DNA of 64,000 bases from positions 736,001 to 800,000 of the forward strand of contig OZ245040.1 of the NCBI GenBank assembly GCA_965224195.1, in the 5' to 3' direction. Below are positions 10,524 through 21,657 of this stretch, piece after piece. The stretch's first letter is position 1; the number at the start of each line of letters is the position of its first letter. Made by a program: the position numbers and the translations under genes. Source of the stretch: Nitrosopumilus sp. (GTDB lineage Archaea; Thermoproteota; Nitrososphaeria; Nitrososphaerales; Nitrosopumilaceae). The notes under the pieces were generated by a model. The model did not search any database. It was given only the letters and a program-made list of their open reading frames with translations, and was not told the DNA's origin.

Positions 10524-10768
10524 TTTAAAATATATTTTTAAAATAAAAGAAGACTATGGTACTGTGGTTATATCAAAACATTGCTGAAAATTACAACTGA
10601 TAGAACAAAGCCCCATATTCCAACATGAATATTTTTTGTATTCTTGATTTGAATATCTTTTGCACTCATGATAAAGTATGATGATACGTATATCATAATA
10701 ACTAGTATGTGATTTTTTATAATAACATGGAAAATTGGATTAATTCAGGCTGAAATTTGTAAAAATTA

Positions 10769-11317
10769 CTAAATTCGTAAAATTTTAAATTTATTTGTGC
10801 CACTAACATTGCTGAATTTTGCAATTTCAAAGATTATTTTTGAGAATGAATTATCTTCTTTATTTAGTATGAATGATTTTTTTCCCACTTTGATATTTTC
10901 TGATAGCACTAACCATATGTTTTCTTTTTCAGGCTGAATTTTCTCTAATAATGATACCATTTCATTTATTGTTTTAATGTTTGAGGATTTGGGTATACAA
11001 ACCAACAATGTTTTTTTAGAATCTTTTTCCAAGGTCTTGATACCTGGAATTACAATATCTAATTCATTTCCGTTATACTCTACCTTTCTTTGGCTTGTAA
11101 TTAGTGCGTTAGTGAGCAAATAATGTAATAATCCTGTAGCTAACACTCCTATCACTTCATCTTTTTTTCCCATTGTTAGAATGTGATCATAGCAATTCTT
11201 TGTCACATCTTCAATTATTTGGTCAAATTTTTTTTCAGTGACTAATTTTGGAATTATTTCTGAATTTTCTATATATTCAAACAAATAATCCTTAATTGGG
11301 TTTGATTCTTCTTCCAT
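10769..11317 (-). CDS. hypothetical protein
   Basis: 182-aa ORF, host codon usage. Confidence 0.65.
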   Translation of the reverse strand: MEEESNPIKDYLFEYIENSEIIPKLVTEKKFDQIIEDVTKNCYDHILTMGKKDEVIGVLATGLLHYLLTNALITSQRKVEYNGNELDIVIPGIKTLEKDSKKTLLVCIPKSSNIKTINEMVSLLEKIQPEKENIWLVLSENIKVGKKSFILNKEDNSFSKIIFEIAKFSNVSGTNKFKILRI

Positions 11318-11395
11318 ATCTTAACAGCAACTATGATTCTTTTTAATAAAATCTTTGTTAGGTTATTTTAAAAAGCCAAATGTGTAATCTTTATC

Positions 11396-11851
11396 ATGGT
11401 AATTGTTGGAGATTTAATTGAATTATTTGATGAGGAACAAGATTCTGACAATACTACAGTTTTTAAAAATTTAGAAAGTATTCCATGGACTATTCATGAC
11501 GAATGTAAAATACTTGTAGAGATTTTTTCATTATATTCCATTAATTCTGGAATCATTGTAATCAATGATGTGCATTTTGAATTATTTGATCAAGTAAAAA
11601 AATCTGAATTTAGTCATATTTTTGTTCATATAGATCAATATGAGGAGATGTTCATACTGTTTTTTGAATTTGCGATTGAAACTGGAGTCGATGAATTTGT
11701 ACATTTTGGATTTGTTCCAGCCAGTGATTTTTTTGAGGCTTTGTCTTCTAATCCTGGTTTAAAAATAAAAACAAAAAACTTCAAAATTTCTGAGGATGCT
11801 GTAAAAAGAATTTTGGGAAAACTAGATAATTTTAACTCAAAATATTCTTAA
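11396..11851 (+). CDS. hypothetical acidic protein
   Basis: 151-aa ORF. Confidence 0.6.
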   Translation: MVIVGDLIELFDEEQDSDNTTVFKNLESIPWTIHDECKILVEIFSLYSINSGIIVINDVHFELFDQVKKSEFSHIFVHIDQYEEMFILFFEFAIETGVDEFVHFGFVPASDFFEALSSNPGLKIKTKNFKISEDAVKRILGKLDNFNSKYS

Positions 11852-12026
11852 AATTCACCGTTTTAATATTATTCGTTGTAAACAATTTCATTATCTGTGA
11901 ATACGTTAGCGTCCTACTAAACTGTTATCTTATTTCGGAACTGGTAAGTTATCGAGGCTTTGTGCATTCACAAAGTCCCGCCAATTTACCAGTTCCCAAA
12001 ATTGGAATAAGAAATATGTTTCATTA

Positions 12027-12596
12027 ATGGAAAAATATCTTGACAAAATAACTCCACAGGTAGGAGAACAATGGAGAACAGATGAATTATATCTCAAAAT
12101 CAAGGGCGATAAAAAATATCTCTTTGCCATGCTAGATTCAGAAACTAGATTTTGGCTGTCTCAAATGGTATCAGAACACAAGGGAAATGATGATGTATCT
12201 CCAATGTTTGCAGAAGCTAAGAGAAAAGCAAAGAAAGTTCCAACTACATTAATTTCTGATGGTGCTGCTAATTTTCATCATGCTTGGAAACAACAATACA
12301 AAGCCAAAAATTTTCTACATAAGGACACAGAACATCATAGACACATTCATTTATCAGGCGATATGAATAATAACCAAATGGAATCTTTTAATTCAAACAC
12401 TCTAAGAGCAAGAGAGAAAGTAATAAGAGGAATCAAAAAAGATAACTCTGCATTGCTCAAAGGTATGCAGATTCACCACAATTTCATAAGACCTCATCAA
12501 GGATTAGATGGAGATACACCAGCAGATAGATCAGGGATTATCATACAAGGAGATAACAAATGGAAGACCATAATCCAAAATGCAAGTAAGAATTAG
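12027..12596 (+). pseudogene. IS6-family DDE transposase, 5'-truncated
   Basis: WRTDELYLKIKG, LISDGA, NNNQMESFN, HQGLDGDTPA; homologous to 52839..53423; N-terminus cut at the hairpin end at 11998. Confidence 0.85.
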
Positions 12597-12880
12597 GAAT
12601 CTAGTTTGTCTACTCTTGCAGTAAGATTGGCAATATTATCACCATCAGTTTCCAACATCTCAAAAACATCAGGGATTATTTTTGTATCCTTTTCAACAAT
12701 ATTTAATTTTGATTCAATTTTATCCAGTCTCTTTTCCATATCATCAAATCTTTGATACACAAAATTAAATTTTTCATTAAGTGGAGTTACCAATAATTTG
12801 TTAATTTGTGTGGTAATTTCCTTATGAAGACATATGTTAGACTTTGTAATGAAATCCTTAGTTTCTTTATCAAGTACCAT
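12593..12880 (-). CDS. hypothetical coiled-coil cargo protein
   Basis: 95 aa, heptad-like RFDDMEKRLDKIESKL. Confidence 0.55.
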   Translation of the reverse strand: MVLDKETKDFITKSNICLHKEITTQINKLLVTPLNEKFNFVYQRFDDMEKRLDKIESKLNIVEKDTKIIPDVFEMLETDGDNIANLTARVDKLDS

Positions 12881-13194
12881 ATTATATCATACACAATTTG
12901 ATTATTTAATACATACTTTGTCGCCTAAGTTGATGTACGGTACATGGTAAATATACATACGGTACTGGTTGGTACGTAAGCCTCGACACTTTCCACGAAT
13001 AAGATTTGTAGCCAAGCCTCGCTAACTTACCAAAACCAAATCATGGGAACTGGTAAATTGGCGGGACTTTGTGAATGCACAAAGCCTCGATAACTTACCA
13101 GTTCCTTCAAATTATTGTCAATTATTATGATATCGAATCGTCAGCTCCTGACACTTTCCAGAAGAAAACAGCTCCCGCTAAGTTACCAGTTCCC

Positions 13195-13455
13195 TTATTT
13201 CATGTCCCAAATACAAGTATCATGATTAAATGAGTGTGTACTGTTATCGATTTTTTTATCTGGGGCAAAACCACCAGGGATACAAAATTCAACATATGGA
13301 TTATTGCCTGTAGATGTTGTCTTTTCTACTATTGCTTCGGGTTCTATGTATCTCTCTGGGGTATTCATTCGTTCGTTAGCTGCAATAACTAGAAACAGTC
13401 CTACTGAAATCAAGGCAATTATTGGAATTATCCAATATCTGGATTCTTCATCCAT
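13195..13455 (-). CDS. small membrane-anchored hypothetical protein
   Basis: N-terminal TM segment, two Cys in the C-terminal part. Confidence 0.6.
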   Translation of the reverse strand: MDEESRYWIIPIIALISVGLFLVIAANERMNTPERYIEPEAIVEKTTSTGNNPYVEFCIPGGFAPDKKIDNSTHSFNHDTCIWDMK

Positions 13456-13566
13456 GAATTTACAAAAATGAATTACCGTTATAATTCTGACTATTCATAA
13501 AATCTGATCGGTGAAGGGTTTGAAAATTTAAAAACTAAAATAAAATTTTGTTAACGAACGATATGT

Positions 13567-14961
13567 CTATTCGTTGTAAATATAGCGTCTTTCGCCTCTG
13601 GATTCTTTTTCAGTATCAACATGAACAAGAACAAATTCTTTCTTTGAATGTACCATGGATTTTTCAGGGGAGACTTTGTTTTCGTGCAATTCTTCATATT
13701 CCTCCCATGTGAGTCTACGTCTATCTCCAATTTCTGCTTCCAAATTCATCTCCTTTACAATTTCTTTGTAAGCGGGTTGAACTACTCCACTAAACACCAT
13801 TGCACTACTTCCACTCCCATATGAGCCAAATCCAATTCTTTTTCCTTCAAGATCAATTCCTTTTTGATATTCAAATTCTAAACTGCTTCTAAATCCTAAA
13901 TAAAGTGATGCAGTATACAAATTTCCTATCATACTTGATGCAATTAGTGAACTAGATAGTTTTGATTCGTAAACTTCCTGATATGATTGAGTTTTTGTAA
14001 ATAGTTTAGTAAATTCGTGATCTTTTGTCATAAATTCTTCATCTCCCAGTACTGATTCAATAGTTCCTCGAGGATCTTTTGGAATTGGCTCTTCAATTCC
14101 TATTTCGTTTAGAATGTTATTCCATCTTGGTAATTGTCTCCATTCATGTCTAACAAGATATGCTAATGCTTTCTTTCCCATGTTACTATAAGGCAAATGC
14201 ATGTTAATGTAGTCCATATGATCCAAAATTGTCTCGCCTGATTCCATTTTGATTAATCCTGAGGATATGACTTTTTTCTTATATGCTTCAAGTGCTTTTC
14301 TTACTTGAATCATGTAAAGTAAATTAGAATATTGTCCATGAACAATAGGGGTTTCTTTTCCAAAAGGTCTGTAGAAATCATATTCATCTTTAATTGATGT
14401 TGAAGTTACTTTGGGATCAAATGCTAATAATTTTGGGTTATCATTTAGAAGCATTGCAACTGCCCCTGCTCCTTGTGTCATTTCACCGCTAGAGCCCATA
14501 TCGTATTTTGCAATATCTGAAACTACTACAAGTGCTGCCTTTCCATCTGCTTCATCAGCTCTAATCCAGTTGGCATTGTCATAAAGAGCATAAGAACCAC
14601 TCACACATGCAAATTTTGTTTCAACCCCGCCACAGTGCTCAAATGCACCTTGACCATAAACTTGCTCTAACATTCCAATGACGTAAGAATTCATTGCTTT
14701 TGATTCATCAAATGCTGATTCAGTTGAAACGTATAATCTTCCTATGTCTTCTGGTGAAAGTTTATTTTTTTGCATAATTCGTAAACATGCATTAGCTGCA
14801 AGACATGCTGGGTCTTGATTAGAATCAACCATTGCCATCTGTGAAATGCCTAAACCTTTTTGTAATTTTACAGGGTCTAATCCTCTATTATCTGCAAAAT
14901 CAGCTGCATCGATATACAATCTTGGAATGTATATTGCAATGTCATCTATTCCAGCTACCAT
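13567..14961 (-). CDS. mvaS: hydroxymethylglutaryl-CoA synthase
   Basis: ETKFACVSG catalytic Cys, GEMTQGAGA, YDFYRP, HLPY, GNLYTASLY, SYGSGS. Confidence 0.92.
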   Translation of the reverse strand: MVAGIDDIAIYIPRLYIDAADFADNRGLDPVKLQKGLGISQMAMVDSNQDPACLAANACLRIMQKNKLSPEDIGRLYVSTESAFDESKAMNSYVIGMLEQVYGQGAFEHCGGVETKFACVSGSYALYDNANWIRADEADGKAALVVVSDIAKYDMGSSGEMTQGAGAVAMLLNDNPKLLAFDPKVTSTSIKDEYDFYRPFGKETPIVHGQYSNLLYMIQVRKALEAYKKKVISSGLIKMESGETILDHMDYINMHLPYSNMGKKALAYLVRHEWRQLPRWNNILNEIGIEEPIPKDPRGTIESVLGDEEFMTKDHEFTKLFTKTQSYQEVYESKLSSSLIASSMIGNLYTASLYLGFRSSLEFEYQKGIDLEGKRIGFGSYGSGSSAMVFSGVVQPAYKEIVKEMNLEAEIGDRRRLTWEEYEELHENKVSPEKSMVHSKKEFVLVHVDTEKESRGERRYIYNE

Positions 14962-15070
14962 AAGCTAGATCTCGGAATTTCATTAATAAGGATATTGGGT
15001 AAATTCTAAATAACTAGGAGGGAAATTTTAGTAATTTTTGGCAATCTATTCACAAATTGATCGCAAAATA

Positions 15071-15856
15071 CTATTTTTCTAATTCTTCATTAAAAATTTT
15101 TTCAAATGTCTCAAATGGCTGTGCTCCAAAAAGTCTGGTTGTTTCACCATCTGAATTTATAACAAAAAATGCAGGCGTTCCTGTTAATTCTAAAGATCTT
15201 GCATCTTCATTACTATCTACAATTGTTTGTGAATGTTTTCCATCAATCATACATTCAGACCATACATCCACATCTAATCCAATTTCTTGAGCAAATGTTG
15301 CTAGATTTTCTGATGATGCCCATCCATTATTTTCACCAGTCCAGTTTGAATACAAAATGTCATGATATTCCCAAAACAATCCTTGATCTTTGGCGCAATG
15401 AGCACCATGTGATGCATTGACAGAGTCAGGACCGATAATATTGTAATCTTTAAAAATCATTTTAACTTTTCCTGTCTCTACATATTTTTTCAGAATATCA
15501 TCTTCTGTAGAATGAAAGAATACATTACAAAAATGGCATTGATAATCTCCAAATTCAATTAATGTAATTGGTGCATTTGGATTTCCTAGAATTGGTGACC
15601 CATTGTCCACAAATGTGTCTATTGTAACTTTAGGAGGGCCTGCTTGCTGAACTGATGTACTAGGTTCTATTTGAAATTCATTTGGGCTTGAAATGCTATC
15701 AAATCCGACAAATGTGATGACTAGTGCAACTGATGCAATTACAGCCACTATTGCCAAGGAAGGAACATGAATCAATAATGTTGATCTTTTTTTGATACAT
15801 TTAGTCTTTTGTAGATGATAAACCCATCTATGTTTAATATCTAAAATTTTTATCAA
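15071..15856 (-). CDS. DsbA-family thiol-disulfide oxidoreductase (true start probably near 15775)
   Basis: EFGDYQCHFC, GTPAFF, GAQPFETF. Confidence 0.88.
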   Translation of the reverse strand: MIKILDIKHRWVYHLQKTKCIKKRSTLLIHVPSLAIVAVIASVALVITFVGFDSISSPNEFQIEPSTSVQQAGPPKVTIDTFVDNGSPILGNPNAPITLIEFGDYQCHFCNVFFHSTEDDILKKYVETGKVKMIFKDYNIIGPDSVNASHGAHCAKDQGLFWEYHDILYSNWTGENNGWASSENLATFAQEIGLDVDVWSECMIDGKHSQTIVDSNEDARSLELTGTPAFFVINSDGETTRLFGAQPFETFEKIFNEELEK

Positions 15857-15900
15857 TATTTAATAAAGTACTATTATTCTAAACTAAACTAGCATCAAAT

Positions 15901-16693
15901 ATGGTTTCCAAAGATGTTGTGTTGATTATAGAGGATAGCATTGCTATTGGGATACTACTAAAAGAGTTTCTGACCAAATTATCTTATTCTGATATTAAAA
16001 TTACAGAAACTGGGGAAACTGGTATCACTACTTTTAGAGAACTTGTTGAAAATAATACTTTTCCATTGGTTTTTCTTGATTATAATCTTCCGGACAGCAA
16101 CTGCAAAATCTGTAATGTCGCAAATTCTAACAATTAAGCCTGACACAAAAGTAATCATTGAAACTGCAAATAGCAAGGATGAAGATATAATAAAAGAGGT
16201 AATTGGATTGGGCGCTTATCACTATATCCAAAAACCAATTCATTTTAACGACATTAAAGAAATCATTGAAATTTTAGAAGAAGATACAATTCCTGATCCT
16301 GATTCAGAAAATATTGATGATAGTTACAAATTAGTTGATAGATACTTTAACACTTACAAACGCGTTAGTATTGCACGATTATTAGAACAAAGTCAATTGT
16401 CTGAAAACAATCTTTTCAACCATGTCAAATAACTTGAATCTGAAAAAAATATTTCACAATTAGATAATATTCGTGAATTGTGTTGTAATTCATGTGATAG
16501 CTTAAGATTAGCTCAAATTTTTCAATGTCCATCTTGCAAAAATTCTAATTTTGAACAAACAAAACTAATTGAACATTTTGATTGTGGTAATGTTTCCGAA
16601 GAATCTACTTATGCTGATAATACATGTCCTAAATGTAATAAACAGATTAAAGCATTAGGTGTGGATTATCGTGTTTTGAAAATATTATTTTGA
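15901..16693 (+). pseudogene. response regulator with thaumarchaeal Zn-binding output domain (TackOD1-like), disrupted
   Basis: Receiver motifs IIEDS, FLDYNLPD, IQKP; frameshift near 16095, in-frame TAA at 16430, CxxC repeats downstream, truncated near 16690. Confidence 0.75.
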
Positions 16694-16698
16694 ATTGC

Positions 16699-16866
16699 GG
16701 ATTTAAAGATGAATTTCAAGAAGATCACGGACAGGTTTATGGCTACGCATTAAGAGTTGAAGATAAACTTTAACATCATATCAAAGTAATGCCTGATGGC
16801 AATATTGAATCAGAAATGGAACCACCACCTGCATATCCTGCAGTACATCTAAATCAAGAGCATAGT
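16699..16866 (+). pseudogene. internal fragment of the gene found intact at 62694..63143
   Basis: Near-identical DNA encoding GFKD...HGQVYGYALRVEDKL*HHIKVMPDGNIESEMEPPPAYPA.HLNQEHS; ends at the IS left end. Confidence 0.85.
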
Positions 16867-17934
16867 AGATGAGTTGCGCAATTACAAACAAAAATCTAAC
16901 TTTTCTATCATTTAATTCTTAATTTTATGGAATTGTAATGAATTCTTCTTTCCATTTAATCTTGAAATTGACAGTCCCACAAACAATTTCACTTATCACA
17001 TCATATCTGCATAATTTGTTTCTAAACACATCGCGATTTATCCGAAATTGCTTGACTTGTGCAATAACATGTCCAACTTTTATTCTAATTTTTGACTGCA
17101 TCTTGTTCCACTTCTTTTGAGTAACAGTCAATTTTTTTCCTTTCTTTTTCTTGTATGGCAAAACACTTGCCTATTCTGGAAAGTCTTTTTCCATCCCCAA
17201 ATATCCAAGATCATAAGACTGCAGCAACCCTTCAGATAATGTTGGATGCTTTGATTTGTAAATTCTGTAATCATGATGGCTGCCAGGCGAATGTGCAGAT
17301 TTGTGGATTGTTATCCCATCAGGATTTATGGCGATTTGATTTTGTACTGCATGTTTTTTCTTTTTGCCTGAATGGTGTGTCCTTCTTTTCTTTTTGTTTT
17401 TTGGTCTTGGGATGGGCTGTTCTGTGCCATCAGTGATTGCAACTAATTCCGGAAAGAATTCTTGCAATTCCTGCATGCCGTTAATCTTTTTTGAATCTGC
17501 ATATTTTTTGGCAGCAATTATAATGGACTGCTTCACTGCAGGCTCCAAACATCTGATGTTTCTCATTACGTTTGGTTTGTCCAAATCAAATATCATCCCT
17601 GGCATGTCATATGTTGTGTACATTCTGTAGTACATGAAAAACATTAGAATTCTGCCTTTGAAGGATAAGTCAAACTTGTGTCCTGCACCAATGTCTCTTT
17701 CTCTGTTTTTGGACAATCTCTTTTGTTCTGCAGTTTTGTAATTTTTCTTTATTTCTTTGTATAGGGAATCAAACTGTGGAACAGTTAGTCCTGCTATTGA
17801 CAGGAATTGCTTTGGTTTTTTTGCCAGTTTGTGCAATTAAACATGAATTGAAAATAATTCAGTCTTAGCTTTGGATCTTATGATTAGAAAATGTTGAGAT
17901 TATGCTCAAATTGGACTAATTGCACAACTTATCT
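16867..17934 (-). mobile_element. IS5-family (ISL2/DDE_Tnp_4 type) insertion sequence, 1068 bp
   Basis: Imperfect 18-bp TIRs AGATGAGTTGCGCAATTA / TAATTGCACAACTTATCT; 3-bp AGT duplication at 16864-66 and 17935-37. Confidence 0.85.
16925..17836 (-). pseudogene. DDE_Tnp_4 transposase with premature stop
   Basis: ITDGTEQPIPRP, HSGKKKKH, YDLGYLG, PYKKKKG...RIKVGHVI; in-frame TAG at 17171-17173 and a damaged start. Confidence 0.88.
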
Positions 17935-17954
17935 AGTCATGCTAATTAGAAATT

Positions 17955-18227
17955 ATGGAAAATGGTGATAATTATTATATCAATAATTATTTTGAAAACA
18001 TGAACCAAAAAGAAATGAATGATATTGTAAAAGAAGAATTGAGACATATTCCAAAAGGTTATGGGCCTAGACATGGATGGTTAAGATTCTATTACAACAG
18101 ACGCAGAAGGCATGATCTATCAAAAGGAAGAACAAAAGAAGAAACATTACAACATTGTATTGATGAAATAAAAGAACAAGATCCCAACTGGCATCCTGAA
18201 TTTGATGCTACTTTTTTCAAGATTTGA
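17955..18227 (+). CDS. hypothetical protein
   Basis: 90-aa ORF. Confidence 0.55.
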   Translation: MENGDNYYINNYFENMNQKEMNDIVKEELRHIPKGYGPRHGWLRFYYNRRRRHDLSKGRTKEETLQHCIDEIKEQDPNWHPEFDATFFKI

Positions 18228-18417
18228 ATTCTTAAATAACTGAGACTTGTGTATAGGAGAAGTCCAAGAAAGTTATGCATCTTATTTGGATGAGTATCAA
18301 CAAAAATTACAAAATATTTATCCTTAATTTTTTACGCCCAGTATTAAATTTTTTCTGTATATTGTAATGAAAAATAAACCAACTGCTATGATACCACATG
18401 ATCATTAGTATGAATTC

Positions 18418-19218
18418 ATGGCAAAAAGATACAAGTCAAAACTATCATACATGTTAAGAGAAATACCAATAAAATACATCAAAGTTTGGAAGGAAGCTCA
18501 GGCAAGAAAGATGGACAGGGATGGGATAGTAGATCTTGCAAAATCAATCAAAAATGATGGTCTGCTGAATCCACCAATGGTTCAAAAGGTGTCAAAAAAC
18601 GAGTATTTGCTAATGTCTGGACAAAGAAGATTAGCTGCAATGAAGAGGTTACGTGCTAAAACCATTCCTGCACATGTAATAACGAAAAAAACAGAAATGA
18701 CACTAGAGGAGGCAAAGGCCTCATCCGTAGTTGAGAATATTCACAGAAATGACATGACTCAAAAGGATATAGTTGCAGCAGCCAAGATACTAGCTGAAAA
18801 AATTGGTAAACGTGATGCTGCAAAATATCTTGGTGTAACTATTGTAACTCTATACAGGTATTTGGGCTTTGATGCAGTACCTGAACTTCTAAAGGAATTG
18901 GTTCCAAGTGTCATATCTCGTGATGATATTACGAAAATATTTTTGGCAGTCTCTAATGTTAATTCTGCTAAAAACATTGCAGAAAAATTGTACGGTATGG
19001 AGTTGCAGCTAAAAAAGCAATATGTTAAAATGCTGTGTATTTATCCTTCAAAATCTCATAATTCTTTATTGCAACTGGCTAAATCTTCAATGGTGAATCA
19101 AAAGATCTCTTTGAGACTAACAAAACGTGCTGCTAAATCACTCAAAGTCAAATCAAATAAATGTGATTTATCTCCTAATGATTTGGCTAAGCAAATATTG
19201 GAAAAATATCTAAAATAA
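18418..19218 (+). CDS. ParB/RepB/Spo0J-family protein
   Basis: LAKSIKNDGLLNPPMV, SGQRRLAA, ENIHRNDM, followed by an HTH. Confidence 0.88.
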   Translation: MAKRYKSKLSYMLREIPIKYIKVWKEAQARKMDRDGIVDLAKSIKNDGLLNPPMVQKVSKNEYLLMSGQRRLAAMKRLRAKTIPAHVITKKTEMTLEEAKASSVVENIHRNDMTQKDIVAAAKILAEKIGKRDAAKYLGVTIVTLYRYLGFDAVPELLKELVPSVISRDDITKIFLAVSNVNSAKNIAEKLYGMELQLKKQYVKMLCIYPSKSHNSLLQLAKSSMVNQKISLRLTKRAAKSLKVKSNKCDLSPNDLAKQILEKYLK

Positions 19219-19242
19219 CACTACTTGATAACTATACAAACA

Positions 19243-19848
19243 TTATTTATCTAAATTTAACAACGCTGCTTTTTTTACTTCAAATTCTTCAGCAGTAATC
19301 ATACCCTTTTCCATTAGATCATGATACTTTGATATTTTGACTATTGTCTCATCATCTCCAGTTTTAGCTTTGGGGGATACTTTGGATGGAATGGATTTAA
19401 TTTCTTGTTTTATTTCACTGCCAATAACTTTTAATTCTTTTTTCATATTCTCAGTGTCGTTGTAATCATTATTTAGTGATTTTTTCCAGTCTTTTTTATT
19501 TTTGTATTTAAAGTGTTGTAAATTGTATTGTGTAGTCCAATTGAACATCAAATATATCAAAAATGTTGTGATGCCTAATGGCATTACAATATACCAACCC
19601 ACATAAAGTATCAGAGATAAACCATACACAAAAGAATCAAAAAAATGAAAAGGAATCAATACATCTACTAAAAACCCAGAACCATCAGATATCACAGATT
19701 CTATTGCTCGTGTATCTGGTTGAGAATAATACTGGTAATAATCATTGACAAATGTCATATCATCAATTAATAGGAATATAATTACATCAATTACAAATAA
19801 TACAAATATTGCACTTAGAAGAACAGACAGCAATACACTGAAACCCAC
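19243..19848 (-). CDS. membrane protein with C-terminal SHOCT domain
   Basis: TM segments; ISKYHDLMEKGMITAEEFEVKKAALL. Confidence 0.7.
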   Translation of the reverse strand: MGFSVLLSVLLSAIFVLFVIDVIIFLLIDDMTFVNDYYQYYSQPDTRAIESVISDGSGFLVDVLIPFHFFDSFVYGLSLILYVGWYIVMPLGITTFLIYLMFNWTTQYNLQHFKYKNKKDWKKSLNNDYNDTENMKKELKVIGSEIKQEIKSIPSKVSPKAKTGDDETIVKISKYHDLMEKGMITAEEFEVKKAALLNLDK

Positions 19849-20462
19849 TTTATGGATTTATTCATCTTTTTAGTCCATAACAGAGCGAAAATTGATTCTG
19901 CAAAAAAACACGCCCAGAATCTACTAAGTGGTTTCTCAGAATAATTGTCTAGAGTCTTTGTAGTTTTGAGACTTGACACATTCTCAAACAAAAATTATAC
20001 AATAAAAGATTTACTACTGTTAAATCACTTTAAAAGAATGTAAAGACTAATTTTTCAGAATATTTTTAATGATTTTAATAAACAATTAAAGGAAACCATT
20101 ACCCCTTTCTGTCAAAAGTCTAGTTATGTAATATGCAAAATTTACAATAGTAAAGAAAAACTCTACAGATCCATATTTATCAGTCAAGATGATTTTTCAG
20201 CCACATTCACCTGTAGAAACTGTACTGATGAAGGTAAATTAGACAAACGTCATGAGGAATATTTGGTTTAGATTTAATCTTGAATTTGAAAATATAACAT
20301 CTTTACATAATACTAATCCTAGAAAAGCTGAAAACAAACTACAAAAACTAGTTAAAAAACTCCAAAAATATAACAAGAAAATGAGTATCATGATAAATTA
20401 CTTGAGGAATTAATTTTTATTTTGTTGCCAATTGTATTTATAAAAATCAAAACACCATTGAT

Positions 20463-20570
20463 ATGATTATGTCTGGTGATACATTCTCTGTAACATTTGA
20501 TGAATCTGGCCATTTCCCTTATCATTGCATGGTTCACCCCTGGAAGACGGGTTCTGTTATGATGTACTAA
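20463..20570 (+). pseudogene. C-terminal remnant of a cupredoxin (blue copper protein)
   Basis: MIMSGDTFSVTFDESGHFPYHCMVHPWKTGSV matches the tail of 32612..33136. Confidence 0.65.
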
Positions 20571-20727
20571 CTTTTTGACTTTGTCTTTATTTTGAAATTG
20601 ATGGATGGTATCTTGTATGGAAATGGATTAAAGATCATAAAGGAAGAATTTTTAGTTTTATAATGGTGTTTGTCGGCATGGCTGTAATGTTTTATGTTCC
20701 GCGTTAAAACTTGTTCATCAGTTAATG

Positions 20728-21654
20728 CTAATTTTTTCTTATTTTACTAAATGATGCTCCAAGGATTTTCTTTCGAGTAATTACAAGTGTCTTAAAAATT
20801 ACATCAAAAACATCATCTGTTTTATTTCCTAAAATCCTGATGATTATTCCAGATGAATCTGGAAGAATGGATGTTCCGACATAAATGAGATTATTATTTC
20901 TAATGTCTTTGTTTATAATACTTTCAAGTTCAATTATGTTTTTCTTTTTAGTTAAAATGTAAACGGTTCCAATTATTTTGTACTCGCCTAATATTCCAAA
21001 ATCTTGCAATCTTTGTTTTTTTGGATCAATTTTTGTATTTTCTAAAAATCTTATTTTGTTATCTTGATTTTTACAATGGGTTCTCAAATAACATATGTCG
21101 TACTCAAAAGATTCCCCCATTGCAACTCTTCCTGGAGTTAAAATTTCTGAATAAACTAAAGTGGAATTATTATGTACGTTGAGATTTACTTTTTGATAAT
21201 ATCTAGAATTCTTGTTGGGGATTATTTGATCAGGAATGTATTCAAGATAACAATTCTCATCAACTGTAATGTTTAGAAGTTGTGAGGCAAAATTTGAATT
21301 CATACTATAGATGCTAGTTGCACCCTGAGTTGTCATATATGCAACAGCATTATTTTTTAAAGACACATCTATTCGATATCTATCTCCTTGCAAAATTCCA
21401 CCTGATGGTGAAATGACATAAAGATATGCCATTTCAGGAAGTGAATTTTCAGGATAGAGTGCTCGATGAAATTGTAATGGAACTTGGGAAAATTGTTTTG
21501 TAACAATAGTCTTGCCAGTGATATCTTTTTGCAATTCCAAATCAAGAATTCCTACTTTTCCTGATTTTCCAACTCCAAGTTGCTCTACTTTAGTATCATA
21601 AGTTTGAATTTCTGTTGGAATATCATTTGGAGTATAATATTCTAGTTTATTCAA
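20728..21654 (-). CDS. ureD: urease accessory protein UreD
   Basis: SPSGGILQGD, TTQGAT, PGRVAMGESF; urease cluster context. Confidence 0.92.
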   Translation of the reverse strand: MNKLEYYTPNDIPTEIQTYDTKVEQLGVGKSGKVGILDLELQKDITGKTIVTKQFSQVPLQFHRALYPENSLPEMAYLYVISPSGGILQGDRYRIDVSLKNNAVAYMTTQGATSIYSMNSNFASQLLNITVDENCYLEYIPDQIIPNKNSRYYQKVNLNVHNNSTLVYSEILTPGRVAMGESFEYDICYLRTHCKNQDNKIRFLENTKIDPKKQRLQDFGILGEYKIIGTVYILTKKKNIIELESIINKDIRNNNLIYVGTSILPDSSGIIIRILGNKTDDVFDVIFKTLVITRKKILGASFSKIRKN

Positions 21655-21657
21655 TAA

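Larger units (their letters stand above)
11937..13105. mobile_element. IS6-like element remnant bounded by 62-bp inverted repeats that are themselves hairpins
   Basis: 11937-11998 and 13044-13105 are exact reverse complements (GGAACTGGTAAGTTATCGAGGCTTTGTG...TTACCAGTTCC) and enclose a DDE transposase fragment. Confidence 0.75.
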
